Positions 14,322-28,063 of a stretch of DNA of 64,000 nucleotides are shown here, piece by piece (positions within the stretch are counted from its first letter, which is position 1; every line of letters starts with the position of its first letter). The position numbers and the translations under genes were made by a program. The notes under the pieces were generated by a model. It had not been told where the DNA came from. It saw nothing but the letters and a program-made list of their open reading frames with translations, and did no database searches. The stretch covers positions 724,400 to 788,399 of the forward strand of contig NMRA01000151.1 of the NCBI GenBank assembly GCA_002633005.1, written 5' to 3'. This stretch comes from Phoronis australis. Its lineage: Eukaryota; Animalia; Phoronida.

Positions 14322-14572
14322 CCCGCTGGTTCTGTAGCTATAAATAGGTGATCCATACCGAACATGACTTCCTTAACTTTCTGGTAAATTCCATCAATTT
14401 CAGTGCCGTCCACCGTAGACTTGCAATTGTTCCATGTCTTCTGTGAACGGACGATCATTCCAGGTAACCACACCTGCGTGATGTCGTAGTGACCTCCCAA
14501 CGCCACATGAGGGTCGGCGTTGTCTTTTGGATCTATATACACTCGAATTCCTTTGCGTACGCATTTTATGTC
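14322..14572 (-). CDS. Exon 2 of the secreted protein (DIKCVRKGIRVYIDPKDN...FIATEPAG)
   Basis: Acceptor ctaat...ttctacgtttaag, donor gtaagt; overlaps ORF 14318-14542; phase 0 to 2. Confidence 0.7.
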
Positions 14573-14982
14573 CTTAAACGTAGAACGAATCGCATTAGAA
14601 CAAACGGGTGGTAATCGTAACCTTTTTTACACTTACCATTGTACAGAATTTTTCAACAAAGTGTACTATTCTCCACCAAGAACTTACCCGCCCAGAAAGA
14701 ACTAAGAACGTTCAAAGGGACCCTTAGCAAGCACATGTTCAACATACATTGACATTGTGCGTGGTGAAGTTTCGTTGTGCGTGGTAAACGGTAATTGTTC
14801 TTTAGAGATCGAGTGGTTAGGATTTCCGGAGACTCCGACTAATTTGGGACCACGGGGGCAAAAGTTTGGCTCCACCAATGTTGTTCACCTGTTGGCTACC
14901 CCAATATTGTTTACCGTCCTCTTGGCCTGCGATATGGTTAACAACAAATGAACATTAGCGTTTTGGATATAATCTATATGTA

Positions 14983-15030
14983 TACACACACACGCACACA
15001 CGCACACGCACACACACAAATATATATATA
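14983..15030. repeat. (CA)n/(TA)n microsatellite
   Basis: Visible directly in the sequence. Confidence 0.85.
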
Positions 15031-16049
15031 CCCTGCCAAGTTGGGCTTATTGGTCACTTTAACCACACAACAATGCGACGGTTTCTAAGTTCAAGAGTAG
15101 ACATGATGTATTTGTCGAATTGCCTAGGGAAATACTGAAACCGCAGTTTTAACGTTTCTAATCTTCTGAAATCTGCAAAGTTCGGGACTTGAAGTCAAAC
15201 ATTATTAAATAGAATACACCTCCGTGAGTTATAAAGAGAACAATCAAACACAAAATGTAGCTCATCCTCCACAGTACCAGAATCACAACACAAGCAAAGT
15301 CTTTCACAGGAGTGTTTACATAACAACCAGTTTCCAAGCGCAATGCTAGATTTCCTGCTCTAAAATGATGCCAAAAGAGATCGCTCGGAACGAGATAAAT
15401 TAAGCTTTACATACGTTCACTTAAAAACTCGTGCTTAAATAAAATGTAGGTTCTTAACTTGAGTTTTGTTACAACTGATTCAGCCCAAACATGTTTCGAT
15501 TATTCAATTAGTTTTTTCTAGCATCTACAAGTAGTCAAATTTTGAAAACAGGATTGCATGCCAATTATGTTAAACAAATTTTTGATACCGTCCATCCCGG
15601 CACCCATTTCTACCAACAGAGTACTCCCATAGAAATACCTTTGTAATAACCTATCACCACCTGCAGTCACTAAGTTGTACGAAAGACGCAACATATTCAA
15701 TTTAAATCTGTTTCCCGCCGGTCGAGTCTCACCCCATGTCATCACCGTAACAGTATGAGTGGCTGTAAGTCGGTTGAGCCCTAAATAAAAACGCATAGCT
15801 CTGTTTTGAATATTTTCATCATTACCAAAATTTTTGCAACCCCAAGCAGATTACCCGTAATCCAAAATTGGTGCCACACACGAATTAAATAATGTTTTAA
15901 ATGTTTCGAATTCTAGATTCTTGTTAACACGGAATGTTGAGCATATCTTCCCTCACGGTCACTCAGAAGCTTTAGAAGTCAAGGTGTCGATCTAGAATAC
16001 AGACTAAACATTTGTAACTAATTACACGGTTTAAAATAAAATAAAATCT

Positions 16050-16095
16050 AACAATAACAATAATAATAGTTATAATAATAATAATAATAATAATA
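16050..16095. repeat. (AAT)n microsatellite
   Basis: Visible directly in the sequence. Confidence 0.85.
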
Positions 16096-16647
16096 GGACA
16101 GTGGTGTCAGAATTTTGCGAAATGGAGTCCTCAAAAGAGAAAGGCCGACACGTTACTTAATTAGGCCTTCTACAGGCCCAATTGCAACAGACATTGTGCT
16201 TAATTTCACTACTCATACTCAGCAAGACTTCCAGCCTGGTTTAGGAATTAGTTTACAAGTGTTTTAACGTTTTTCTTAGCTACGACAGTTTTCACTGAAA
16301 CCGCTTTACTTCCAAATCATTCTCTCCTAATGCATTAAATCTAACAAGAAAGTAATGGTCAGTAGCTATTAATTTCAGGACGTTTTTTTTCCGTAGTTTG
16401 GTACCCCAACTGTAGCACTTAAAGTTAAAGCCAAAGAAGTGTTGAAGTGAGTGCATTTTTCTGATCTGAGATTATAACATGAGTGTTTAATTTTTAATTT
16501 AGAGTTCGGTGAGTGCAGATGTACGTTTAACCTCAGTGATAAAAATATTGTGAAATACTTTTCAGCCCTTAATTGGTTTTTTCTATGACTTATTTTGCTG
16601 ATTTGGCCAAAAATGAACGCAAATTTTAAAGGAAAAAATGTCATTAC

Positions 16648-16842
16648 CGTGATCATGTCATGTCTTTCAAAGCTGTCGTCAAGATCAATCAATCCGGCCA
16701 CTTTACCAGATTTCTTCATGTAAAATTCTTCTCCGCTCTTCTCATGCTTCACAGAATTTTCGTGGTTAAAGTACAAATTTTCATCCGAGTTGGCTACAGT
16801 TAACGCCACTGCCCAACTCAACAGAACGAGGCGCAGCACCAT
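16648..16842 (-). CDS. First coding exon of the unrecognised secreted protein, with signal peptide MVLRLVLLSWAVALTVA
   Basis: ATG, basic residue, hydrophobic core and a small-residue cleavage site; donor gtaatg after 65 codons (phase 0). Confidence 0.75.
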
Positions 16843-18144
16843 CGTTGCAGTGCGTTCTTAGTAATTGCCAAGTAGTGAAATGAGATTACCCTCCTTTTGT
16901 GCTTGGAGCGTTAGCGAGTGACGGTGCGTGTTTCTTTTTGAAAATCGAGAGGGCATTCACCTCTTTTGTCAGTGTTCGGCAATTATGTATTGGGTGAGAG
17001 AGAGGTCCAATGTAGTATATTAATAAAAACGAAAACACGTTTGACGTAAGCACAACAAAGGGGTTTGTCTCGAGCAAGATTTTTGGAAACCGCAGCTCGA
17101 TCGGCCTCTAGGCTCGAAACGTCGACTTGTGTGCCTCTCCGCCAGTCCTTTCATACTATTCGGGTCCCAAAAACTACCCACAATTTTCAGCCTTCGATTC
17201 CACGCCCTGCGAAGAGTACAATACGTACTAAGCATTCAGCGTTGTGGAGCTAGGTGTTTCTACGGTCATAAATTTTCAGCAGCTCAACACGACCGACTCC
17301 TTGTCCACCGGCTGAGGTTGACCTACACTAGCGGGCCATTCTGATATCTAGTTAGACACAGTTATCTCCATGATTCCACGTGAGGATATTTCTTCCTCCG
17401 AAATAGCATAACATTTTCTTGATAATAATGAAAATGCTGTGCGTGATCGACTTTAGTCATTCCGAATACAGAGCTAGCCGAACCGGGAGTCGCGGGAGTG
17501 GATTCAAGTTGTCAAATCTACTCAGCCTTACGTTATCAAACTAGTGAACGCATCTCGTCCAAAGAAAGGCTTAGCGCGGAAAGGTTTTGTGTACCCAGCA
17601 ACTGCGTGGACACTTCAACCTACCTAAATAATGCAGGAACACGCACTCTATTGGTCAAGACCGGCAAGCGTAAGTGACCGTCTTCCAAGTTCCAGAATTA
17701 TAAGACTCATTCCCAAACAGATCTCATTAAGAATTGGTATTAGGACTTTGCCTTGGGTGGTATTAAGGTAATCAGAGCTTCGTCAATCTACGATTTTAAA
17801 AAATCATCTGTGGATTTTACTTAGTTTTAGGCAAAGGGCATTAAAAATTACTGAAACATAAGAACAAAATCTTAGAGAATATACCCATAATTGCTAGTTA
17901 ATCAGATTATTTTCATATTTTTAGCTAAAATGCGATGGTGAAGCAGTCAGCGTAAAACAAATTTTCTGACCAACACTTTTTTAAAAGCCTTAGTCAGAAA
18001 ATTTGTTTAAAAACATCCATGAAACAGTCCCAAACTCTTTACACTACTAATAGGACCAATTTTTTAAGTTGACAAGTTGACACTTTTTAATGAAACGACC
18101 ATTTGAACTGTTTTCTGACGACAGCGATACACATGGGTGCTAAC

Positions 18145-18150
18145 TTTATT
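18145..18150 (-). promoter_or_regulatory. Candidate polyadenylation signal (AATAAA) for a long RABGEF1 3' UTR
   Basis: tttatt on the plus strand, downstream of the stop at 20907; another candidate near 20401. Confidence 0.35.
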
Positions 18151-20238
18151 AATCAAACTGAAATAACAAAAGTCAATAAATTATCAAGTACACATATTAA
18201 TACATGAAGTCAAACATATACATATATATTTTTAAAACCACATACACAGGTACTAGGTGCAGGCCTAAAGATAATAAATATTGTTTTCCCCAGAAGCAAA
18301 ATGTTGAAGAAATCAATAATTTTAAAAATTCCCTTGGAACCTTATTTTCTCCTTATTAATTTACATATCACAAATAAGACCGGCTTCAGCCTGTTTTAGG
18401 TATACAGTGGCACTGCATGTGGTTTGTAAGTCTGACACAAGAAGGAAATTACAAATATCATAAATAATTACAATATGACACCATGATATATTCTGGCACT
18501 GAGTAAAATAATGAGGCTCAGTGTCAGGAATGACCCAACAGCACGCCAACACCCTAATGGAATTATTACATACAGAGAACACTGGTACCTTAAATTCATG
18601 AAAAGTCAGTTTTAAATTCCAACTGGCAAACCAATTTAGCCAGTTCAAGGCATGTTTTGATGAAGTCAAACGGTAAATTCCAAATTTGGTGGAGTTCTAA
18701 ACACTCCAATGCAAGATCAGACATGACTGTTCTCCCTGAGAGTCCGGCATTGTACTTTTCACCACAATCACAAGAATATCCCACCAGAGACTCAATATTT
18801 CCAACACTCCAGGACCATGGACTTCTACAAGGACATGAAAACTATTCTGTCGCAAATATTCAGCTGAACAAATGAAAACAGTATGACCATAATAGCTAGG
18901 AAGTAGAGTAGACCAGTTGTAGCCATAACAAGAGTTGTCACTTACAATAACAATCATTATCCTTGTCTCTCCACACACGTACTCGTCATGGCAACAGTGA
19001 TTGAATCCTCACAGCATACCTGTAGATCTCGAACTCGGTGAACAAACCCCAAAACTAAGCATATCAGACTACTAACTCTGTGCATGCTTTAATAACACCA
19101 GAAAGCTGACAGTTGCACCAAAATGGCCATTGTCTGACCGTCACATTCCAAGTCTAGTTACAAGCAAACACACCCCTAGAAAGCTTCAATACTGCAACAT
19201 CAAAAGATAACTAGTTACACACATAACTGCAATGCTAAAGCTAAGACTGTAGCTTAAAGCTACTAAATCTTATAACTCAGTACTCGGGTGAAAGCTAATA
19301 CCAGTAATATGCAGTATCTCATGAACCAAACTGAGTGAATAAGGTTCTTTTCCACATAGAAGAAAATCAAAAATTTTCATACCAATCTGTGCTGACAAGA
19401 AACTTATCCATTTACAGCAGTTTTCAAAATAAACGGGATGTTGAAATTTGGCGTAAAAAACCTCAACTAAATAATATATTTTTCCAAGAATTTGTTACAA
19501 TTTGGCTAAATCTTGACAAAATCTCGACAGGTGTCGGCTCCTAAACTTGAAATTGATTGGTTTCCTGATTTATTCATGAAGTTAAATTAAATTTTTCAGA
19601 AATCTCCGAGGGTAACATTGGGTTCATAACTCCACATGACCACATGGATTTTCCACAAATAAGAACATTCAGATATTCAGAGTGTACACCACTTGATGGA
19701 AGACCATAATAAACTGGGCTTGACTTACACAGTATCTTGCTTCAATTACAATATAACACGAACTGTTGCTTACATTCCAACAATGGCATTATCTAGTGCT
19801 GAACAGTACAGCTCTTTTGCCCAACACCCATCCATTGTATTAAACCTTCTTCAAATTTCACTACAAACACTATTTTTAACTAGTGCTCTAATCCTAACAC
19901 CGTGTTCTTGTGCTTGGACCAAACATGTACAGCAGAATGAGAGTCGCTTTCAAGCCATCTCATGTCTAACAAACCTACCAATAGTTTGAAATAAAAATAA
20001 AGCATTAAGTTATCAATAAATGGATTTTTGCATCATCTTTTCAGCGGGTGCTTTGTTTTACCAGTGTGACACAGGAACTACACATACAGACACTAAACAA
20101 AAAGTATGAGCTCTCATATTATGCAACATTTCCAGGCAAAACTTCATTGTACGTGACACGCATGTAAATACAGACATGAGTGTGTGTGTGTGGGCCACAT
20201 TGTGAGAATAACAATCTAATCCTATTCCCTTTAATACA

Positions 20239-20557
20239 TACCCGGGTTTTCCGTACATAAGCCCACTCGATGAGATGCCCATGGGTGTTTATTCGAAAAA
20301 TTTCCACTTAAAAGCCCACTAAGCGTCAACTTTTAGTCAAATTCAGTTTTGCGGAGCATTTATCATTTAAAAAACGAACAAACTGTCGGCGAACTATGCA
20401 TTTATTAACATAAAATTTAACAACACTATTTTATGTAAAAAAATGTCAGTCAGGAAACCTATGCACACCTCCCTTTTCCGAATAGGTGTTATTAAAATGT
20501 CTGAAATTTTATTTTCCCAATACACGCCCATGGGATTATCTACGGTAAATCCTGGTA
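20239..20557. mobile_element. MITE with TA-flanked imperfect TIRs in the presumed RABGEF1 3' UTR
   Basis: tacccgggttttccgtacataagccc at one end, gggattatctacggtaaatcctggta at the other; gcccatggg motifs shared with 59434-59966. Confidence 0.55.
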
Positions 20558-20906
20558 AACATACATACAGTCCCTAAAATAGTTGCAAACCAACTAGACT
20601 TTGAGGTGCATAAACTGATTGCAATTTGCTGAGTGCATACTGGTTGATAGTTCTATATATAATTTGTGCCCCAACATTGATAAAAGTAGACAACTGCAAT
20701 AAGTTTTGTCCACTTTTGAGAAAACAACATTTCTATAACTGATTTCTACAGCCCAGATGCTCACTATCACCCAGCAGATGGTGCTGTAGTTTGAGCTGAT
20801 CCACCCTCATCCTGGAACTCCCAAGTCGCCCACTATCATTGGGTACATAGGTGTAATTTGAGGTGTGTTGGTCGCCCAGCATCACACCCTGCCCAGTCAC
20901 TTCTTA

Positions 20907-21290
20907 TCATCCACTACAAGGCTGAGGTTCCAGAGGTGCTGGAAGTCCCTCATCTTCAGGTAAAGCTTCGTCAATGTCCACTTTTGTTTTGGCTGGTTTG
21001 ATGACCATAGGTGTCCTCGCCATAACATCCTGCACTTCTTTCTTGAAGTTCTTTTTGAACTCAAGGATGTCTTGCTGCAACTGGGTCGCCTCTGCCATGA
21101 CCTTGTCATGTCGCCGGTGGAGGTCAGAGAGTGTGCGCAGATTGTTGTACATGAGACGAAGACCCTCACACATGTAGCCGTCATGTTCATCTGCTGGAAC
21201 TATTTCACCAGACATGTAGCGGTCAAACTCATCAGTTGACATGGTAAGCGACTCGGCAGTCAAGTTCTCGATGAATGCCACAACACAGCA
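20907..21290 (-). CDS. RABGEF1: Rabex-5 last coding exon (end of VPS9 domain, coiled coil, proline-rich tail)
   Basis: CCVVAFIENLTAESLTMSTDEFDRYMSG...LPAPLEP matches the Rabex-5 C-terminus; ttctag acceptor; TGA TAA stops. Confidence 0.93.
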   Translation of the reverse strand, partial: CCVVAFIENLTAESLTMSTDEFDRYMSGEIVPADEHDGYMCEGLRLMYNNLRTLSDLHRRHDKVMAEATQLQQDILEFKKNFKKEVQDVMARTPMVIKPAKTKVDIDEALPEDEGLPAPLEPQPCSG

Positions 21291-22576
21291 CTAGAAAATA
21301 GAGCAGAATGTTAACGTGTGCTTGCGTGAGGAAACACGGGTCAGTAAAGCATGATGAGACAACGGTATTGAAGACATCAATGTGAAAAGTTAGGAAAATG
21401 AGTGTAGAAGTGAATGTAAAAAGAAGGAAGCAGTTAAGGATTGTGGGAAATGATCCTAACAACTTGCTCTCAACTTATAATGACATACTCATTTTGAGCT
21501 TCGACAGTTTTTTTAACAAACTGCAATGGTCAACCTACACGTGTAAATTTAAGGAGATGGCAATGTTTTAGCACAGTTTTGGTTAATTACGATTTTCAGG
21601 TACACCCAGACAAATTTTGAAGTGAATCAAATTTCCTCAGGTTCTAGTTGGTAATGCTTGCATCACTCCAGAAGTGATGTTGGCAGTCTCGATTATTTGC
21701 CAACAACTTTATTTACATGCACCTTGGACTGTACTTGACATCCGATGCATCACTGTGTTAGTCACCTTGTAATAATTCAGACCATTAGTTACCGATTTCC
21801 AGTGGATGACAAGATCAATTGGAGTGGGCTCATTCATGTCAAGAATGCAGCATTGACCATTCATGCCACAGCTAAACAGTAAAAAACTACCACGTGCGTG
21901 GTAAACATTTCTTGCCCTCGGATTACGAAAGGAATATAAACATAGAGATCATGAAGGTATCTCCAAGATATGTTGTGAAGACAGGTGTCATACCAAGGTT
22001 TTTTCCCTTTTTTTCTTCTCTTTCACTCTTCCCACCCCCTCGAAATGCACTTTTGAAATGTGAGGCGTCGCGAGCAACAGCCACGGTGATGAAGTAACAA
22101 AATTGATGTCACCCGTGTGTGTGTAGTAATCACAGAATCTAAAGCCAGCAACCAGCACAGCTTTACCACACACTTGTGATGTCTCCAGCTCAAAACTTAT
22201 GAGCAACCCTGTATTTTCCAACAACGTTTCAGCCTCGTTTTACTCGCAACAACACCTACATTCCACTCAGGTTGCCACGACAACACATTTTGTGCATTTG
22301 CACCAAAACGTCCCAGTAAGTCTGACCTCGAGGTCTTGTTCACGACAGCTTGGCCCCTCCCCAAGCCTCTCTAAAAATGGCAGCAAACGATCTGGGCCGC
22401 GAACCTCATTTCTGGAGTGACACGTGCATATTTAATTAGAGCCCGAGGAACTTTCATAAACTTTAGAATTCGTCTTGGATAACCAGAATACGTCTCAATA
22501 TTTTTAACCAAAACTGGCACTAGAGTTTGAACTGAATGTCTTCCTTTATAAAATGAGTAAAGTAAAAGAAACAAAC

Positions 22577-22833
22577 CAGGTTGGTGAAAAAGTATCCAGC
22601 TTCCCCAGTCATTAGTCGACTAGGGTTGGCAAACCGAGTAATATACTTGATGTTGGACTGCAGTCGGGGTGGGTTGGCCTTTAATACTGTATAAATGAGA
22701 GCAGGCAAAAAGTCGTCTGCGCTAGCTGGCTCGTCCTTAGAGAGCCTCAGCGCTTCAAAGATGTTGTTACTGCAGCACACTACACAGGCCAGCTTGTCTT
22801 GAGGGGCTCGCTTGGAGTCCATCTCAATTATGT
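22577..22833 (-). CDS. RABGEF1: Rabex-5 coding exon 5 (VPS9 catalytic core)
   Basis: [31 protein letters not shown]...[10 protein letters not shown] is the VPS9 signature; AG/GT boundaries; phase 1 to 0. Confidence 0.96.
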
Positions 22834-23660
22834 CTGAAATAGAACAGACAAATAAGAGCCAATCTCAACCAGAAAAATTGGTATTTACTACTTAATTAAT
22901 AAAGACTAAGAAGGTTGGTTTGATGTTTTCGTTTTGTCATTGTATACATGTATGCTTCGCCTATTTTTTGTCTGTTCTCTTTGGCCCAAGTTGTGACTGG
23001 GTAGCAATTGCTACAGGTCACTAATATAAATGATTATTGATTGATTGATTGATATAAATATCACATAAATGTTGTGAAATTGGGAAGTCCTCTCAGTCTG
23101 CAATTAAAAAACAATAAACTTACTGAGACCTAGTTATGGTGTAGGTTACCACCTTCAAGCGAACATTGATATATGTCATTAACTATGGTGTTTGTAAAAA
23201 AATACAGCACCACTCCTTCAAAATTGATTGTATACTGGAGCAAATAATTTCAATTCTTTCCTTTCCAATTTATTGATAATTTTCTTAGATTTCTCTTTCC
23301 TTCATTCCTTTATTGAGGTGGCCTGACAGTTTTGTCAAGCTCAGGTACATGATGTTCGCATACTTGAAATGACAACTGGATCCTGCTGTGTTCTTGTTTG
23401 GGAACGTGAATTAAACACTTGCAATAAATGATGTTTTGAATAAAGATTGAAAGAAACGAGCAACGCAAAGGTAAATGGTGGCTTTGAGCATTTCTTAACA
23501 CCGCCATTGCCACTAAACATGGCTCAAAGACTTGTGGTATTTGTTGTGAAGCTTGTAAAATAAAACATGCACTTGTATAGTGACTCACGTCAAGTTTTTG
23601 GTAAGTCATGCTTGTAGCACATGACCCGACCTGACCTTGAGCTACAGTAGCTCCACCTAC

Positions 23661-23888
23661 CAGTGATAGCTGCATCCACAGCCAACTGTACTGCAGGTTC
23701 CTTGGTGTTGAGATTAGCATCCAGCTGGGGTGCACGGATCCAGTGAAGACTGCGGATTTTGTTTTGAAGACTCAGGTCCTTTTCTTCATCATCACAGCTC
23801 ATGGGGCAGAAAACAAGTCGGTATAGTCGAGCGGTGATGTGTCGCTCCAGGAAATCAAGGGCTTTCTCTATCGTCTCTTGTGACAAAT
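23661..23888 (-). CDS. RABGEF1: Rabex-5 coding exon 4 (helical bundle into VPS9)
   Basis: LYRLVFCPMSCDDEEKDLSLQNKIRSLHWI motif; AG/GT; phase 1 to 1. Confidence 0.93.
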
Positions 23889-25161
23889 CTGCAGAAGAAT
23901 GTACATGCACTTTCACAGACAAAATGGTTAAAGCTGCAAGTCACTCAGATAACTAGTAGCTGGCTAAAAACGAGAATCGAAGTACGCCTCCAATTAAATA
24001 AGTTTGATATTCCTGTACCACAAGTATGATAGACCAATAGAAGTGCAGCAAGAACTTGCACAATACAAAGAACAGTCATCCAATAAATAGATCTGAAATA
24101 TCTCGAAAACGATAAGTCAGGGTCAGAAATGGATGGCATAGCACAGATAGCACTTGACCAGATCTATCCACATACCAAATTTCATAAAAAATCTTTCCCG
24201 AGACAGCGGAGCTATGGCTCCACAAATGGCAACCATAGCACCATCTTGCGCTTGATTTCAACCGAAAAAAGACTTCAAGCCATGAACAAGACACATACTG
24301 TGTATGAATTTGATGTCAATCGGATAAAAAATGTGAAAGACGAACAACAATGCAGCGCCAGTAAACATCGAATACCTCAAGAATGGTAAGTCGGAATGAT
24401 AAACAAATGTCATAAATAGCAAGTAAATAGCACTCGGCGAGACTTATCCACGAGTTAAATTTCAGAAAAATCTGTCCTAATGCCCACAATTCACATGAAT
24501 TACGCAAATTTATGATGTAATGACCAGTAAACTGATTCTGTTAAATTCATAGACCACAAAAACAATGGGGCAAATATCAAAATTATCAACCTGTGGTGTC
24601 TGATACCACAGATACAAGCACATGACGAATTCTCAAGAATGGCTGCCTTAATTTGCAAATAATTTATTCATGTACTCGATGCACAACCAAAGTAGCTCCA
24701 TTCAATTCACAGGCAAAAAACATGGATGAAAGCATCAAAATGATCTGCCCGGAGTGCTCGGTAACAGAGTTATGAACAAAAACAGAATTTCACATAATGC
24801 TGGCCTTACTTTGCATATATTTAAAAAAATGCTCATGGCTGTCGAAAATACAAACCTGCTAAAAGGCTTCAGGTGGGCAACCTAGACATAAAACAACCAA
24901 AAATCTCATACTATCAACTCATGTCTGGCTACAGGACTAACAGTGCAAAAGGCGGCTTGAAGTATATTTAGGCTTTAAGTAAGTTTATAGCAGTGTCAAC
25001 AAGGCCATTTTAAAAGCTTGAGAACGTGACCAGCTAGTCCAACCAAGCAAGAAAGGAAGGCCAAACTCTTCATGCCCTTTTACCTGCCTAAGAGTATGGT
25101 TATAACTTCACTGGCCTTCTAGCCATAAGTGTGACCCTACTTGACCCCTGTTCACGCTCAC

Positions 25162-25389
25162 CTTTGTAGGTAGCGTGCGTATTCAGTCTGTCATTCATGC
25201 ATTGGTAGAAGTCTTGCACCAGCTCAGATTGCTCCTCCACAGGAAGCTCACCACTTTGTTGCACCTTATCAATGAAGTTACGCAAATTACGCGAAATGTC
25301 CAGCGCCACCTGCTTGTTGAGTCCGCGGAGAAACTCCGAGAACTCTTGCCCATGGAGATGGTTCTCAGCCACGGGCTTACCTTGCTCAT
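25162..25389 (-). CDS. RABGEF1: Rabex-5 coding exon 3 (helical bundle)
   Basis: EFSEFL...EEQSELVQDFYQ motif; AG/GT; phase 1 to 1. Confidence 0.9.
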
Positions 25390-26217
25390 CTGGTCAGAAG
25401 CAGGAGAATGGTAGGGGTTAGTCTAAACAGTTTACTTTTTGTGTTTTCTCAGTAAGCAAACACACGATTACAAGCAACTCTAGCTGATTTTGGAGTAATT
25501 CAAATGAAGGACATGATCATGGATTTTATGATGCGTATAAAGCTTATCTCAATCATTTCCATCCTTCCTCACACAAAACAATTTTTCAAAAAAGATGATT
25601 AATATCTACACAAAAACTCCTTGAATGTCAGATGCAAAATTTTGGCTACCTTTGTAATTACTAATAATTAGTTTTCTTTCAGTTTCCTTTTTACTATTGT
25701 CATAGCACATACAAAACTAGAAAACTTTGTTGAAACTTCAACAGCTTGTTTCAAAAACTACAATGAGCAGCCCTAGTCTTGATAAGACTGTAACGCAGAT
25801 GGTAAATATCTGATGTAACCCTATGTTACTGCGGCGTCACATAAAGTTCGAGCCACTACGCGGTTTTACAAAACCTGATATTATTTGAAGGAATGCTGCG
25901 GAAAGCCAAAGCGTAAAAAATTCCAGGACATATATTTTCTATGCAAGGTTTAAAAACAGAGTTCAAAATATTATTTTCACTCTGACAGGCTTAAAACAAC
26001 TCGAGACTACAATTTATCACGTCAGGACTCATAATTTATCGCGAGGACAGAAAATTTAATGTCAGGGCCAAAATTTAACACGCCCGGACTGAAAATTTAA
26101 CATGTCGTCAGGACCAAAAATTTTAAGCCAGGAGACCACCCAAACTGATGACGTCTGTACTACAAGTAGGTTCACAAGAGCTAAGTGTCATTGTCCAATT
26201 AGACATAGCAGACCCAC

Positions 26218-26330
26218 CTTTCTTTTTAAACACTGCCTTGAGCGTGCTGCTTCTCTTCTCCGAGTGTTGGCGCTTTTTCTCCTCAAACTTACTGAATGAT
26301 GGTGGCTGCTCTGGGCTTGTCACAGGCTTC
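26218..26330 (-). CDS. RABGEF1: Rabex-5 coding exon 2 (membrane-binding region)
   Basis: FSKFEEKK motif conserved in Rabex-5; acceptor ttaacag, donor gtgggt; phase 2 to 1. Confidence 0.9.
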
Positions 26331-28063
26331 CTGTTAACACACAATTAGATCACTTCAAGTAAGATCACAATCACACATAATCCAGTTGTGTGGATCTGAA
26401 ACATTATTTGATAAAGAAGATATTACATGTCTAAATTGATCCAGTTTCAGCCGATATTACCGCTTTGCATTAAACAACAGGACCCACAAAGTGTCAGCAG
26501 TGCAGAGGGCATCATACGCCTGCTCATGTAATGTCATGCTGGAAAGTTGCTATCGAGGAAGACATGTACACGGATGTGGAGCGACGCAGAGACAAGGCTT
26601 GGAGAAAATGACTTTTTCTACTGGAGCACATTGCACAATCGTGGCAGCTGTTTGTAGATTGGGTGAAAAAGTAGAGAAAGCACAGTAATGGCTGCCGTAC
26701 AGACGATCAGAACCAGCTTCGTAGTTGGTTCTTCCATAAGTAGTGATCGGCTAACACTGTGGGCCTGCCAGTGCACCTTGCTATGGATTAAGGATGAAAC
26801 TCTCACACAGATGCTAGATATACGTCCGAAGATGTTGACAGGACCTCATGAGCTAGAAGCCAACAATAGCTCTGATGAGATGGAACTATCAAGATACTCC
26901 AGTGTTGGTGTGCAACACTAGAGGTAGAGTTTGATATCCAGCAGCTTACATTGTAAGTTTATAATCAGCATTTGCAAAGGACTGAATCGAAAGCAAAAAT
27001 TATCATACATACATTCTAATGAACCAAGATACTTAATACAAACTTTCTCAAGACATAATGAAAAGACTGCCAAGTTTGTGGGTTTATAAAGGATTCAAAA
27101 GCTCAATTAACATTTGATTGGTTGAATGTGACTGAAGAAAACTCAGCAATTGGCTGTAAGAATGCTGTAGTATCTATGTGATTGGTTGAATAACTTGAGC
27201 TGTGATTAGACAATTGATTATGCTTGACTCTATTGTTGACTATGAAGGGAATATTGAAGATATCATTTTGCTCCAGAACTGTCACTGAAGGTGCAAATTC
27301 TTCTGTGATATTACTAGTAGTAGTCACATGGATTAGTTCATTGCAAGTGCAGGGGTGATTACACAGCACTGAGCAAAACAGAAAGTCAGGGGAGCCTTTG
27401 CTTCAGCACTTGATACTGCCAGGTTTGCCCTCACTTTACAAAATTCCACAATCAAAAGGCACTTTTTCCTTCAGGTGAGTTAGGAACCCTTTGATTTCAC
27501 TGACTAAAATGGGATGCATAGAACTTAATGGGAGTGATAGCGCACAGTACTTGAGTAGACTGACCCACCATATATGCAGCATAGTTAAGATGCAAACATT
27601 AAATAATGAGCTGAACACGTGCTGCTTATGTAGATTTTTTCACCATTTGAATTTGGGGGTGGGTAACAATTTGAACTGTGATTCCTATAAGTGAAAATCT
27701 GGAAATTTCATTTACGTCACTTTCTACTGTTCCATGGAAAGTCAATATACATCATGGGAACAGTAACTAACACAGAAAAATGGAATATTTCTATGATAAC
27801 CAAAGATCTGCATTTTACGAAAAATGTTACATCTAAAACAGTTGCTCTCACCACTTTGAGCAAAAGTTCGTAACTGAACTTGAAGAACTACATAGCCTGT
27901 ATTCATAAAGATTATGAACAGTCTCGTTACTGGTTAGTTTCTTACAAAATAAGACAGCATTGATCAGTGATCATTTGCATTAACTAAGGAGAGCAGAGTA
28001 CTGGAGGGCACGCCCGACTTGTGTAGATCGTCAATACAAGAAACCAGGGGACTTCATGACTGA

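Noticed and set aside
15630-15651. Possible ~22-nt micro-exon (VVIGYYK) between exons 1 and 2 of the secreted protein
   Set aside because: Not needed for phase, and it would require a weaker downstream acceptor at 14550.
16765-16782. ENLYFN resembling a TEV protease site (vector contamination)
   Set aside because: Lacks the Q-G/S, sits in a native exon, and no vector sequence is nearby.
20904-20909. TGA read-through or selenocysteine at the RABGEF1 stop
   Set aside because: TAA follows immediately and the C-terminus is complete relative to Rabex-5.
26020-26130. CRISPR-like periodic aaaattta/ggac units (also 47730-47900)
   Set aside because: Degenerate minisatellites without unique spacers or cas genes, in a eukaryotic intron.
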